A DNA stretch of 59,616 nt, counting the filler, from Nemertoderma westbladi (Eukaryota; Animalia; Xenacoelomorpha), in NCBI GenBank assembly GCA_032718475.1. It is 3 parts of 3 records of this genome, joined end to end, with 100 filler letters (N's around TTAATTAATTAA, not from the genome) between each part and the next. Parts side by side here need not be neighbours in the genome. Positions count along the whole stretch, not along the records: positions 1 to 25,405 come from JAUCBJ010006775.1; 2 more parts are not named here. One strand, written 5' to 3'. Within the stretch, counting starts at the first letter, position 1. Every line of letters starts with the position of its first letter. Both the position numbers and the translations under genes were made by a program. This document shows, piece by piece, positions 13,885 to 25,505 of the stretch. Below the pieces are notes generated by a model. That model searched no databases. It was not told the DNA's origin and saw nothing but the letters and a program-made list of their open reading frames with translations.

Positions 13885-14640
13885 TTAGGAAAAAGAGGGG
13901 CATAGGTTGGAAGCAAGCTGCGGATCCTCTGCTGGCATGGAGGTATAGGAAGGAGGACTATGGTGACCTCGAAGGCAAAGTCGGAGTTGTCTGGAGTAAG
14001 CTGAAGGAAAGTCGACATGCAACCAATGTGCAACCGATGAATATGTGGAGTCACGCTTCTCCACCAGACGACCAGCAAGATGCGTTAAAAATCGGCCACA
14101 CTCAGGACCTGCAGCACCGCTAGAGGTAAAAACGAGAGGAGTAAATGATGCACTTTCTACATTCAGTACCCTATCATTATATTTCCGTCGCTTCTCAGCC
14201 TCTTGGTTCTTTAATAAGTTGTCTGTGGAGGATGGGAGATAGCATGCAGCATTGGCATAGAATACCCGTACATCAAAGAATGATGCGGCTCCAAAAACCT
14301 GTTGCTGACACATCAAGACAATCTTCATTTCCAGAAACTCCAGAGGAAGGCCTCGCCAGACACTGGTAGCAGACTAGGTTCTACTGCCACATCCACACAG
14401 ACTTCCTTAAGCAGATTGGCAATTATATCGCGCGTTTCATTGCGTCTCAATACGATAAAACTGCATTTCTTGTAAATAGAAGTCTGACTTATTTAGTACA
14501 AATCCTTCAGCATCAAGAGGAAGAGCTGTTAGCCAAGAGGAAGTATCTTTATGAGAGGCATGATCTAATGCACGCACCATATGTGTGTCACTAACCTCCT
14601 TTATCTTTGATGCCTTGTTTTACCAAGATGCTGTTTTGAG
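13885..14640 (-). mobile_element. CRE-clade non-LTR retrotransposon 3' fragment (restriction-like endonuclease)
   Basis: FFDVRVF...EKRRKY...FTPLVFTSSG motif, preceded by RRNETRD (RHN-like) and TSSWLTALPL segments. Confidence 0.85.
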
Positions 14641-14748
14641 TGCACGCACAGTGGCAATATCTCAACCTGACCCTTCCTAATCGACGAAGAAAGCACATGC
14701 TGTTGCTCCACTATTTCCTTTTTAAGAGGTTCAGATGCTAAACTAAAA

Positions 14749-15160
14749 TTATATTTTTCCAAACTCCCAGCAGTAAGGGCTGTTTATATACAACAAAATC
14801 TCAGAGAGTGAGTCGTAGGAGTATGGTAACTTGAGTGTAGGTCCACAGGTCTCAGCTCCAATTGAGCGTCCGAATTGAGATAATGCAGGTTCAATGAATT
14901 CAATAGCAATTGAATCAAAAAGCATCAAATTAGAACCAGTGATGTAGCGTAGGAAACATTGTAATTGCTCAGAGGTAATATCTCGAATTATTCTTTGCAA
15001 ATAAGATGCACTATCTCGTTGAGCATCATTCATCACATCTGGAAATTTGAAGGAGTTATACCAACAATGGTGGGGTTGGGTAAAGGTTCACATAAGCAAG
15101 GTATAGCTCGGACTCATCATGAAATGGAGATCCCGCTTTACGAATACACGAATACACAAA
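14749..15160 (-). pseudogene. HECT E3 ligase C-lobe fragment (G2E3-like)
   Basis: LQCFLRYITGS...AETCGPTLKLPYSY...WEFG resembles the HECT C-terminus including the catalytic Cys. Confidence 0.7.
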
Positions 15161-15214
15161 TCTAAATTAATCAAAGTAAAATTAAATCTGCAGAAAACAC
15201 CTTTGCAGCAACAT

Positions 15215-15665
15215 GAACGGATACAGAAGATGAGGAAAGGATGGATCAAAGATTTATCACATCCAAGCAGGAGATAACTTCCAATAAACCTTAATTAGAT
15301 ATAAATGTAAAATTAATTATAAAATTATAATTATATATTTCACTTATAGTCGAAATAGTATAAATAAGATATATAATATAATAATTAAATAATAATATAT
15401 ATAAATATATGATATAATATGATATGATATAATAATATATATAAACAAGAAAATGTATAAATGAGTATCCATAAAATCCATTCTTCACATACCGAACGAT
15501 AATAAGGTGACACATTGTAACAAAAATACATACATCACTGTGTCCAAAGGTCACTTTCCAGCGTTAAAGACCCTTGTTTATTTATGTAAACCTCCCACGC
15601 TGCGCTCACTCAGTACATAAATAAACTCGGGTCATAACGGTGCTACTTTGCACACAATGATGTAA
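15215..15665. repeat. Dispersed repeat copy 2 (matches about 4890-5300)
   Basis: Long near-identical blocks with an AT-rich expansion in the middle. Confidence 0.8.
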
Positions 15666-15793
15666 ATTGTTATTATATTCCGAACAGAATGAGCCCAAAA
15701 TTAGATCACTACGATCAAAACTCGCCAAAAATGGCCAAAAATATGCTGCTGCCTAATTTTAAAAAATGGACTTTATTTGAACTTTCACCTGTT

Positions 15794-15859
15794 GAACAGC
15801 ACTGACCAGCGGTATGCACTTTTTTCCTATGAGGCCTCATCAGTAGTGCTAACCAGTTC
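15794..15859 (-). ncRNA. Degenerate type-I hammerhead-like motif
   Basis: Minus strand AGCACTA-CTGATGA-GGCCTCATAGG-AAAA...CGCTG-GTC-AGTGCT; stem I and first core box intact, stems II/III damaged. Confidence 0.35.
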
Positions 15860-16120
15860 ATCAAGTTTCGCCAGACCAACATATTGCTCCCAAGTTTATT
15901 TGTAAGTCAACATGGAGAAGTAACGGTACATCTTGTACCATCAAAAAATCACATTGCTTCGAAAAATGTGAAAGAAATTCTACGTTTAAAGCTATTATGT
16001 AAGTTATTTGTTGCTGGGCTTATTTCGAATGTTGCAGCAGCAATTTTTATAAGTATATCATGAGAACTGCAAGGGAATCACGTTGACCTTGATAGAACGG
16101 TCAACATTATAAAAGATGTA

Positions 16121-16324
16121 AACATAATATCACAACGCGTTTCGAATTTATTAAATTCTTCAGGTGAGCATTTGACAAATAATAGTACTGATTATGTTGT
16201 ACCTACAAATACGAAACATTTGTACAGTATGTATGTAGGTACTAAATAATGCGGTACTGTTATTTGTCAAATGCTCACTTGATGAAGAATTTAATAAATT
16301 CGAAACGCATTGCGATATTATGTT
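16121..16324. ncRNA. 204-bp palindrome with two inverted minimal hammerhead-like motifs (Penelope-type)
   Basis: Plus arm TCAC-TTGATGA-A-GAATTTAATAAATTC-GAAA-CGCA-TT-GCGA; minus arm TCAC-CTGA-A-GAATTTAATAAATTC-GAAA-CGCG-TT-GTGA. Confidence 0.6.
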
Positions 16325-16368
16325 CAAAAAAGCAAACAGTCGGCCGAAGATAGTGGCTTTCGAAAGGA

Positions 16369-18374
16369 CGGGGTGGGCGCCACTCCTATCTGCTACCCGA
16401 ATGTAGGGATGGCGCCACTCCTATCTGTTACCCGAGGATCGGGGTGGGCACCACTCCTATCTGCTACCAGAGAGTAGGGATGGGCACCACTCCTATCTGC
16501 TACCCGAAGGTAGGGGTGGTCGTTACTCCTATCTGCTACCCAAAGGTAGGGGTGGTCGTTACTCCTATCTGCTACCCAAATGTAGGGGTGGGCGTTACTC
16601 CTATCTGCTACCCGAGGGTAGGGGTGGGCGCTACTCCTATCTGCTACCCAAAGGTAGGGTTGGACGCTACTCCTATCTGCTACCCAAAGGTAGGGGTGGT
16701 CGTTACTCCTATCTGCTACCCAAATGTAGGGATGGGCACCACTCCTATCTGCTACCCAAGGGTAGGGGTGGTCGTTACTCCTATCTGCTACCCGAGGGTA
16801 GGGGTGGGCGCCACTCCTAGCTGCTACCCAAATGTAGGGGTGGGCGCCACTCCTACATGCTACCCGAGGGTAGGGGTGGTAGCTACTCCTATATGCTACC
16901 CAAATGTAGGGATGGGCACCACTCCTATCTGCTGCCCAAATGTAGGGGTGGGCGCCACTCCTACATGTTACCCGAGGGTAGGGGGTGGTAGCTACTCCTA
17001 TCTGCTACCCAAGGGTAGGGGTGGTAGCTACTCCTATCTGCTACCCAAATGTAGGGATGGGCACCACTCCTATCTGCTACCCGAGGGTAGGGGTGGTCGT
17101 TACTCCTATCTGCTACCCGAAGGTAGGGGTGGGCGCTACTCCTATCTGCTACCCGAAGGTAGGGGTGGGTGCTACTCATATCTGCTACCCAAATGTAGGG
17201 ATGGGCACCACTCCTATCTGCTACCCGAGGGTAGGGGTGGTCATTACTCCTATCTGCTACCCGAATGTAGGGGTGGGCGCTACTCCTATCTGCTACCCGA
17301 AGGTAGGGGTGGGTGCTACTCCTATCTGCTGCCCAAATGTAGGTATGGGCACCATTCCTATCTGCTACCCGAGGGTAGGGGTGGTCGTTACTCCTATCTG
17401 CTACCCGAGGGTAGGGGTGGTCGTTACTCCTATCTGCTACCCGAATGTAGGGGTGGGCGCTACTCCTATCTGCTACCCGAAGGTAGGGGTGGGCGCTACT
17501 CCTATCTGCTACCCGAATGTAGGGGTGGGCGCTACTCCTATCTGCTACCTGAAGGTAGGGGTGGGTGCCACTCCTATCTGCTACCCGAAGGTAGGGGTGG
17601 GCGCTACTCCTATCTGCTACCCGAATGTAGGGGTGGGTGCTACTCCTATCTGCTACCCGAATGTAGGGGTGGGCGCTACTCCTATCTGCTACCCGAAGGT
17701 AGGGGTGGGCGCTACTCCTATCTGCTACCCGAATGTAGGGGTGGGCGCTACTCCTATCTGCTACCCAAAGGTAGGGGTGGGCGCTACTCCTATCTGCTAC
17801 CCGAATGTAGGGGTGGGCGCTACTCCTATCTGCTACCTGAAGGTAGGGGTGAGCACTACTCCTATCTGCTACCCGAATGTAGGGATGGGCGCTACTCCTA
17901 TCTGCTACCCGAAGGTAGGGGTGGTTGCCACTCCTATCTGCTACCCGAAGGTAGGGGTGGGCGCTGCGCTACTCCTATCTGCTACCAGAATGTAGGGGTG
18001 GGCGCTACTCCTATCTGCTACCCAAAGGTCGGGGTGTGTGCTACTCCTATCTGCTACCCGAAGGTAGGGGTGGGTGCCACTCCTATCTGCTACCCGAAGG
18101 TAGGGGTGGGCGCTACTCCTATCTGCTACCCGAATGTAGGGGTGGGCGCTACTCCTATCTGCTACCAAAATGTAGGGATGGGCACCACTCATATCTGCTA
18201 CCCGAGGGTAGGGGTGGTCGTTACTCCTATCTGCTACCCGAGGGTAAGGGTGGTAGCTACTCCTATCTGCTACCCAAATGTAGGGGTGGGCACCACTCCT
18301 ATCTGCTACCCGAAGATAGGGATGGGCACCACTATCTGCTACCCGAAGGTAGGGGTGGGCGTCACTCCTATCCC
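16369..18374. repeat. 36-bp minisatellite, about 55 copies
   Basis: Unit ACTCCTATCTGCTACCCGAAGGTAGGGGTGGGCGCT; explains the 12-aa periodic ORFs. Confidence 0.97.
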
Positions 18375-20212
18375 CTTTGAGTACACTTTGCCTCAGAAAT
18401 CTGGTGATATTTTTTTTCAAATAAAACAATTTTATATTCTATATACAGTAAAAACGTATAGGAGAACATTCTTATTTACTCATTTTCAGTTTTGCGAAAT
18501 TCAACTAGTTGGTTTTTAGGATGAGATTTATAGAAGAAGAACGAGCGAAGCGAAACTTACTTATTCTTATAGAATACTAGCTGTTTGTGTGTTGCTTGTC
18601 AGTCGTCAGGGTGTGGCAGGATGATTACACTTTATGTTGGCGGTAAACGCTACACCTACACACGCCTACTTACACCTACTTGTTGGCAGGTTAGTAAAGA
18701 AGGTGGTTACTGAGGCGTGTTGAAAGGAACCAAAAGAATAAACGAGAGATACGAAACATGATTTAATTGTGAATCTACAGTCAGATGTATTGGCTTACCG
18801 GGCGGCCAGTACTTGTATGCTTACTGTGTGTGTAGGCGTGTGAAGGTGAAGTCGTTATGTTTACTCCCGTTTATATTGACTACTGCATTACATCTATGAA
18901 CAACACTGCAGTTTGCATTAACAAACAGTACTACTACTGGGAACGTGGACTTGTTATTTTATCATTCGATATTTTTATTTTTCTTTAATTAATGCCCTGC
19001 AGATCCACAAAAGCGGTATAATAACACACTAATGGTGTTTTTGCATTCAGTTTGAAAATATAACTATGTAATCTGTTTACCGGTGTTTTGGAGTGCTACA
19101 CACTTAGAGGTGTGACTAGACTCTGCCTATGACAAGAAAACAAGAGGCTTGTGTTTACGTATTATAGCATTTAGAACAACAATTAATGAAAAGTAGTAGC
19201 AAACAAAAGTAAGGATTAATGAATTTTTTAATGTAACTTTTTTCGAGTAAACATTTCTACATCACTATATAAACTTTAGAAATACGATTGTATGTTTATT
19301 TTAGTTAAAGATAAGGTTTCGTTTTTTCGTTGGAAATATCCAATATTCCAGTATTAATTATTCTAAAATGCGCACACGTTATTCTGAAACCAAATACGCA
19401 AACTTATATCCGAAACCGAGAGCAGTGCACTCGAAGCAGAATGGGTCAATAAGAGGAATACATGCTAATTATGTTATATAATGCGACCGACCGATTGCTT
19501 GATATTTTTCGCAATGGTCATAGCGAAAAATATCAAGCGATCGGTCGATCGCATTATCATATTGTCCTATTACATTATAATATACTTAATCGTCACTCAC
19601 CCCACAACAATTAACTTATTTTTATTAAAAACGGTGTGTCCTAAGGCAAGTCAAGCGGCTTAGCTCAGGGTTGGATGTCCGTCCATGTCCCTTTCTCCTG
19701 CGCTCTGCCTAGTGTCACCCTAGGTCGAATCCTTTTCACGCTCGCCCTAGGCTGACCGGTCGGCTTGGGGTCCCCGCCTTTGTGACGCCTAGTGTCACCC
19801 TAACCCAAATCCTTTGCAGGCTCGTGCTAGGCAGACCGTGCCAGTCTGCCTCTGGCTCAGGCATTTGTCCCTTGGCTACCAGGAACTCTACCTGGAACCG
19901 GATTGTACTTGATTTCTTGGAATTTAGACCCCAATAAAAGCACTGAGAGTGGCGATTTTGTGTTTAGTCGTCATTAAAAATCGCCGTAACTATGTTAATT
20001 TAAACTTTTAATCGTTCCGGTCTTTTGCACATGGTGTCTGGGACTTTTTGGAATATTCGTTCGTTATCGTTTATAATTTTTATATATGCCCGGCACCTGA
20101 TTTGAAAATAACGCGAACAACGTTCATGGTACATACAGCATGATGATGCCTCTGGTCCTTTTGCATAAAATACAATAAAATACAAACTCAAATACACACT
20201 TTTTATAAATAC

Positions 20213-23200
20213 TTTTTTTTTTGTTAAACACTTCCATAAATAATCGTTTTTAAACAAATTACACAAGATACTAAAGCAACACAGATACATATTATGTACA
20301 GTTACATATTACATACAGTTACATATTACGTACAGTTGCATAGTACAAATAGATACATATGACATACAGTTACATATTACATACAGTTACAATATTATTA
20401 CATATAGTTACATATTAAAAACTACAGAAAATCAGTCATAGTGCGTGGGACTCGGGCTACAATACCCCATCCACGGAAGGGGCGACAGTAGGGGAACGGC
20501 AGAGCCACATGGCGGCATTGCCCCTCCAGAGACAAACGGCCAAGCGTTGAAAAATCTGCCTAGAGGCATCGCTGAGCCTGAGGTCACGGCGAATGGCCTG
20601 AAGACGGGCGACCTCCCGGATGACTGAGATGGATGAGGCCTCCCACCCACCCAGGGCTTCGATACGAGTGGGGTGAAACCCACCCCTGCGGACCTGCATT
20701 CTGTGGCATGGGCAGCCATTTTACAGTCCCGAGCTACTGTCAGAGCATGGCCGGGGTTTGAAGCGGCGCCCTGGATGGTGAGGGCCTGAAGGCTCGAAAT
20801 GACAGTGACGTCCAGTGCCATGGGTTGCCCCCGGCGCCAGTTTGGTAGATTGACGTCGGCAGTCCTGCTGCAGGAACCGGCCACTATGCCTGGTACTTCC
20901 CTCCGGGATGCGAGGCAGCGGATTGGGCTGCAGAGTAGAGTGCATCCTGGAGGGAGTCATGGCGATGTATACGATCACCCGAACCACCACAGCCGACGTT
21001 ATGATCGCCGTAGGTATCCAAAACTGAACCGCAGACCAAACAGGGGGTAGGCTCTGATGACATCCGAACACCTAGCCAGTACTGCATGCAAGTCTGGTGC
21101 TCCCTGTCCAGTATGTGGAGGCTGAGGGAGGTGGACGGTATTACTTGTAGCCAATCCCCAGCATGAGGTAGTGCGGTAGAGTTTGCTAGGGCGATGGAGT
21201 GGCTGTCAGGAGAGGTGGACAGTAGATTCTCATGGTTGGCCAAGTCAATGGAATGAGTGAGGTTCTTCTGAGTGATTGGGGTGGGGAGTGCATTGGTAGA
21301 GGTCGTCCACTAGGGGTTCTTGGCAGAAATTGCCAGTAGGTCGAGGGCTCCAAAGAGGTTGGGGTCAGAGGGGGGATGGCCAAGGATCCGGCTGACCAGT
21401 TGACCAGACTGACAGGAGGACGCGATGTAGGCTGCGGAGGCGTGATCAGCCGCTTTGTGTAGACCTAGGCCACCCAGTGAGGTTGGGAGAGCAGCCTTCT
21501 CCCAGGACCAGTCGGATAAAGAGCCACCGACTAAGTCCGGAAGTGCTAAAGTCCTAATGGTGGAGTCAAATTCCACTGAGGCCCCCACGATAAAGTTTGG
21601 GGGGCAACAGCGGAGGGCGAACACAACCTTTGGCAGAGACAGGCATGACCTCAACAGGGTAGTCTCCATCTGGGAATCATTCAGATTAGGTAGGCAGGCG
21701 ATGATCTCCCTGAGCTTGCTGACTCGATGCAACACTGCATTCTCACAGAACGATGCTGGGCCAATAGGGGAGCCCAACAGAGAGTTATACCAACCGACAG
21801 GATGGGGATCGATGTTGGAAGAACATTCAGGGCTGGATCTGCACCCTGTGGGATGAAGATCTGGGACTTGGACCGGTTTAAAGCGAGGCCCGTGAGAAAA
21901 CCCAAGCGCTCGAGGATGTCTAGCGCCTTTAGTAAGAGTGTACCATCATCAAGGTACCAACCTGAGAATGTGAGGTTGGGAACCTCCTTCTGAATGAGAA
22001 CAGCCACTGGGTGAAGGGTGCAGGCAAACGCAAGAGGACCAAGAGGGTCTGGTCTCCCTACTGGACTCCACAGCAGCTTAGGATCTTCCAATCCCCCAGC
22101 CACAAGATGGCCTATACTCTGTAACAGGACTCCACCCAAGCCGAGATTGAAGGGATGTTCTGGCGGATTTCAGTGAACATGCTTGCTTTGTCGATAGAGT
22201 TAAACGCATTCTTGAAGTCAACCAGCAATATCCACTTCGAGTCCGGGGATAGAAGAGTCATCCAAAGTAGCGGAGACGGCTCTAACTAGTGCCTCACATC
22301 CTAAAGGCATACTGACACCTACCTGTAAGGGAGATAGGAAGCGATGGAGGCAACCCCGGCAGCGAGGCACTTTGATGTTAGTCTCCTTAGGGTCTCACCC
22401 ACAGCGATGGGGTGGAGACCACCATCCTTCTTCTTACAAGGGAAGAGGGATGCACCGCAAAGGTATTTCATGATGTCGGGTGGGGCCTCTCCCGCAGCCA
22501 ACTGCGTGGTGAAGCGACTTAATGCGCACAGCGCCCGGGTGGCCCTAGCGGGGGATGGGGAGGAAATACATTCCTTTAAGTGGGTCGGTCTCAGCTGAGA
22601 CAGGCCCGGCGCGGAGCCAAACGGGAATGACCTGATAGCCTTGGCCACAGACTCGGTTGAAATCGTTGTGGGTTGTGGGACCGGGCCAGTCGGTAGGACC
22701 GGAGGAGGAGCCTGCGGATGTTTGTCCTGCATGGAAAGGAAAGTGGACTCGTTTGTATCCGCTAGACCCTCTGACAACAGGGCTCTCACTGCCTTCCGTT
22801 ACTGCCCATCTGCCATGGCCTGATGGGCCCGCCTGGCATTGGACTCCCTAATAGAGTCAGGGGAAGACTTGGCTGGCTTGCACTTCATGGCACTTGGGCT
22901 AGAAGCGACAGCCTCATTCCAGAGACCCAGATAGTCACCCGACAACCACCTACAAAGACGTGACTTCACAAGCTTATCAGTGTCTCTCCAGTGACATCAT
23001 CCTCCTCTCTTGGGATTGGCCAGGGTACAGGGAGCCAGTAGGAAGACCTTAGACCAGGAGTTGGCGTTGCTGGGGTCAGAAGATATCTCTTCAAGGGTTG
23101 AAGCAACAGCATCAGCCCACAGGTCCCAGGTGGACTTGGGTACATGGCGGAGGGTGATCTTAGTCTGAAGAATGGAGTCAATGGAAGGTAAAGTGTCTTC

Positions 23201-24240
23201 GGGGCTTGGTGCATCAGGGGGCGGGTGGGTGAATGGATAATGTGGCGGGTTAGGTGGTGGGAGCGGGTTGTGTCCGGGTAGTGTGGGAGTGGCTGCATGA
23301 CTGGTTGGAGCACTGAAATGTTGGGTGGACGAGGGTGGGGTTGTGTTATTGTGGAAAGGGTGGGAGCAAGGGGGATTGGCCCGATCCAGGGCACCTGGTT
23401 TTCAACTTTGTTTTGTGTGACCTGATAACCCCTGAGGGTTTGGCTGACATTGGTCGTAAGCATGCTGGGCATATGGTTGGGTGGATGGAGCTAACTGTGG
23501 GGGAAATCCCTTGAATACTTAGGGAGGGGCATGGTGGATGGTTCGGGGGTTGCGGATTGGGGAGGGAAGACAATGGGATGGGCTGTGTGCCTGTCAGGGG
23601 TGTGGACCATCGGGAATTCGATGGTGATGCGTTCTGCATTATGTCCCCATTTGGTGGCCTCGAGCAACACCCATTCACTTAGCGCATTGACATGTCTTGC
23701 GTTTTTAGCCCCAAATGAGTCGAAGTACGAGAATAATTTCTTTGAAGGAAAGTAAACACCCAGTGTCCAGTGGCCACCACACAGGTTGATAGGGAATAGA
23801 ATCATGGCAAACCGATGAACATCAGAGTTCTTAGTCCACCTCTTGACTATATCATAACCATGTGAAGGGGAGAGGAGGAAGTCAGTAAACTGGGAATTGA
23901 ACACTTTGACAGGGCCATTGGTGGAATTGCTAGCAAAGTGGTAGAGTATGGCTTCTAGAGTACTGCCAGTTAACCAGAAGCTTTTTGGGTTTCCAGCCGT
24001 ACTGCATAGGGATTCCAAGTCTCCGTCTGATATTGGAATGCCTGCAAGCTCGCGATGTGAGTCAGTTGGGTTGGCGATGTCATTGAGGATAAGTGTATCA
24101 GAAAGCTCAATAGTGGAGTTAAAAGGGGAGGTTGAGCTCAACATACTTGGATAGGACGATGCGGTATAAGTAAGTATGAGAGTCAAGAAAAAAAATTGCA
24201 GTGTTATATGAATGATAAACAGTACAATAATACAGTACAA
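20213..24240 (-). mobile_element. Near full-length degraded CRE-clade non-LTR retrotransposon: Ulp1-like protease, Zn finger, RT, restriction-like endonuclease, repeat-containing 3'UTR, poly(A)
   Basis: FPINLCGGHWTL...YFDS; CPAC..H..C; KKDGGLHPIAVGETLRRLTSKC; WYLDDG; LGGLG; HAGDWL; RHD; ADVNLPNW..ALDVTV; EALGGW; poly-T at 20213-20222; many frameshifts. Confidence 0.88.
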
Positions 24241-25024
24241 AGTATGATAATGCTATATAATAAACAGTATTGTATGGGAAATAATTACTTTGATTAATTA
24301 TGGCTGGCAGACAAAATTAAGTGTAATTATGAATTGGTACACTAAATGCAGCAGCATGACAAGAAACAATGCTGTGCAATTAGGCAGCTAGCAACAATTG
24401 TTGGCTGAGTTGATTGGTGATGAAGTAAGAAGCAAATGAAGTGAATGCATTAATACCGACAACATACAACATAAATCAAACAGATGACTGTATGAGGCAG
24501 TTTTGATAGAATAAACGGTTAAGGAATAAACAAAGCAAGCAGTAGAGTAGGATGCGATACCGACAACAAACCTGGACCCCTGTCAGTGTGGAGATAAACC
24601 CCAGTTTCTAGGTTCTGAGAATACTGCACTGGGTTAACCGGTTATGTGATGTATGTCAGTTAAACAACCTGGGCTACTGCAGTGCGAACCCTTCCTTCCA
24701 CGAGGAATAGACCAGGAGTTGCAGAGTTGGGAATTGTGAGTGGCTCGTTGTTCGGGCTGAGACTTCTCCCTTGCTAGGTGCTTGGCGAACACATGAGGTC
24801 TCAGGCCTGGTGGATGGTTTGACCTTGATTTGGGGGAAACCGGATCACGATGTGTCATGGACACGGCTATGCTATGGTTGTCGTTTCCGCGGACTGAACT
24901 CCAGACACGTGAGTTCAGCGACCAATACACACTCGAAAGTGGTGTCATCAATATATGTATGTATTTTGTAAGCTGTTCCGGTGCCAGCTACATGTGACGA
25001 TCGATATCACTGCTATGGAATTCT

Positions 25025-25405
25025 ATGGAATTCTGGGCACCCCACTCTTTACTGACTAATTATCTCCTTGGCCGCTCCCAGTTTGTATCAATCGGCGGTG
25101 TTAACTCACTCTCTAACAACATATTAACAGGCGTTCTTCTTCCTCAAGGTTCCGTACTTGGCCCTCTAGATTTCCTTCTTTATTTTAACGACCTCCCGAA
25201 CTGCAGCCCTTTCATCACCACTCTCTTCGCTGATGGACGACACATCTTTAATTCACAGATCTAAATCCACCTCTAATTTAATTTCCAATGTCAACTCAAA
25301 TCTCTCGTCTATTTCTGACTGGCTCACTGACAACAAATTATCTTTAAAAATAACCAAATATACCATATTTTCAAACACAATAACAAAGCCCAATGATCTC
25401 GACCC
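25025..25405 (+). mobile_element. CR1/L2 LINE reverse transcriptase fragment
   Basis: PQGSVLGP, frameshifted FADD, WLTDNKLSL. Confidence 0.85.
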
Positions 25406-25505
25406 NNNNNNNNNNNNNNNNNNNNNNNNNNNNNNNNNNNNNNNNNNNNTTAATTAATTAANNNNNNNNNNNNNNNNNNNNNNNNNNNNNNNNNNNNNNN
25501 NNNNN
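25406..25505. other. Assembly gap with TTAATTAATTAA stop-linker
   Basis: N-run, 12-bp linker at 25450-25461, N-run. Confidence 0.95.

Noticed and set aside
16369-18374. CRISPR-like array (36-bp repeats); also the 38-bp array at 41469
   Set aside because: Units are head-to-tail with no unique spacers and no cas genes; eukaryotic context
16444-18519. 691-aa ORF; the R-YSYLLPE-GR repeats mimic an amidated neuropeptide precursor
   Set aside because: Product of a stop-free 36-bp minisatellite; the frame switches twice, there is no signal peptide, and the G-R site often becomes C-R
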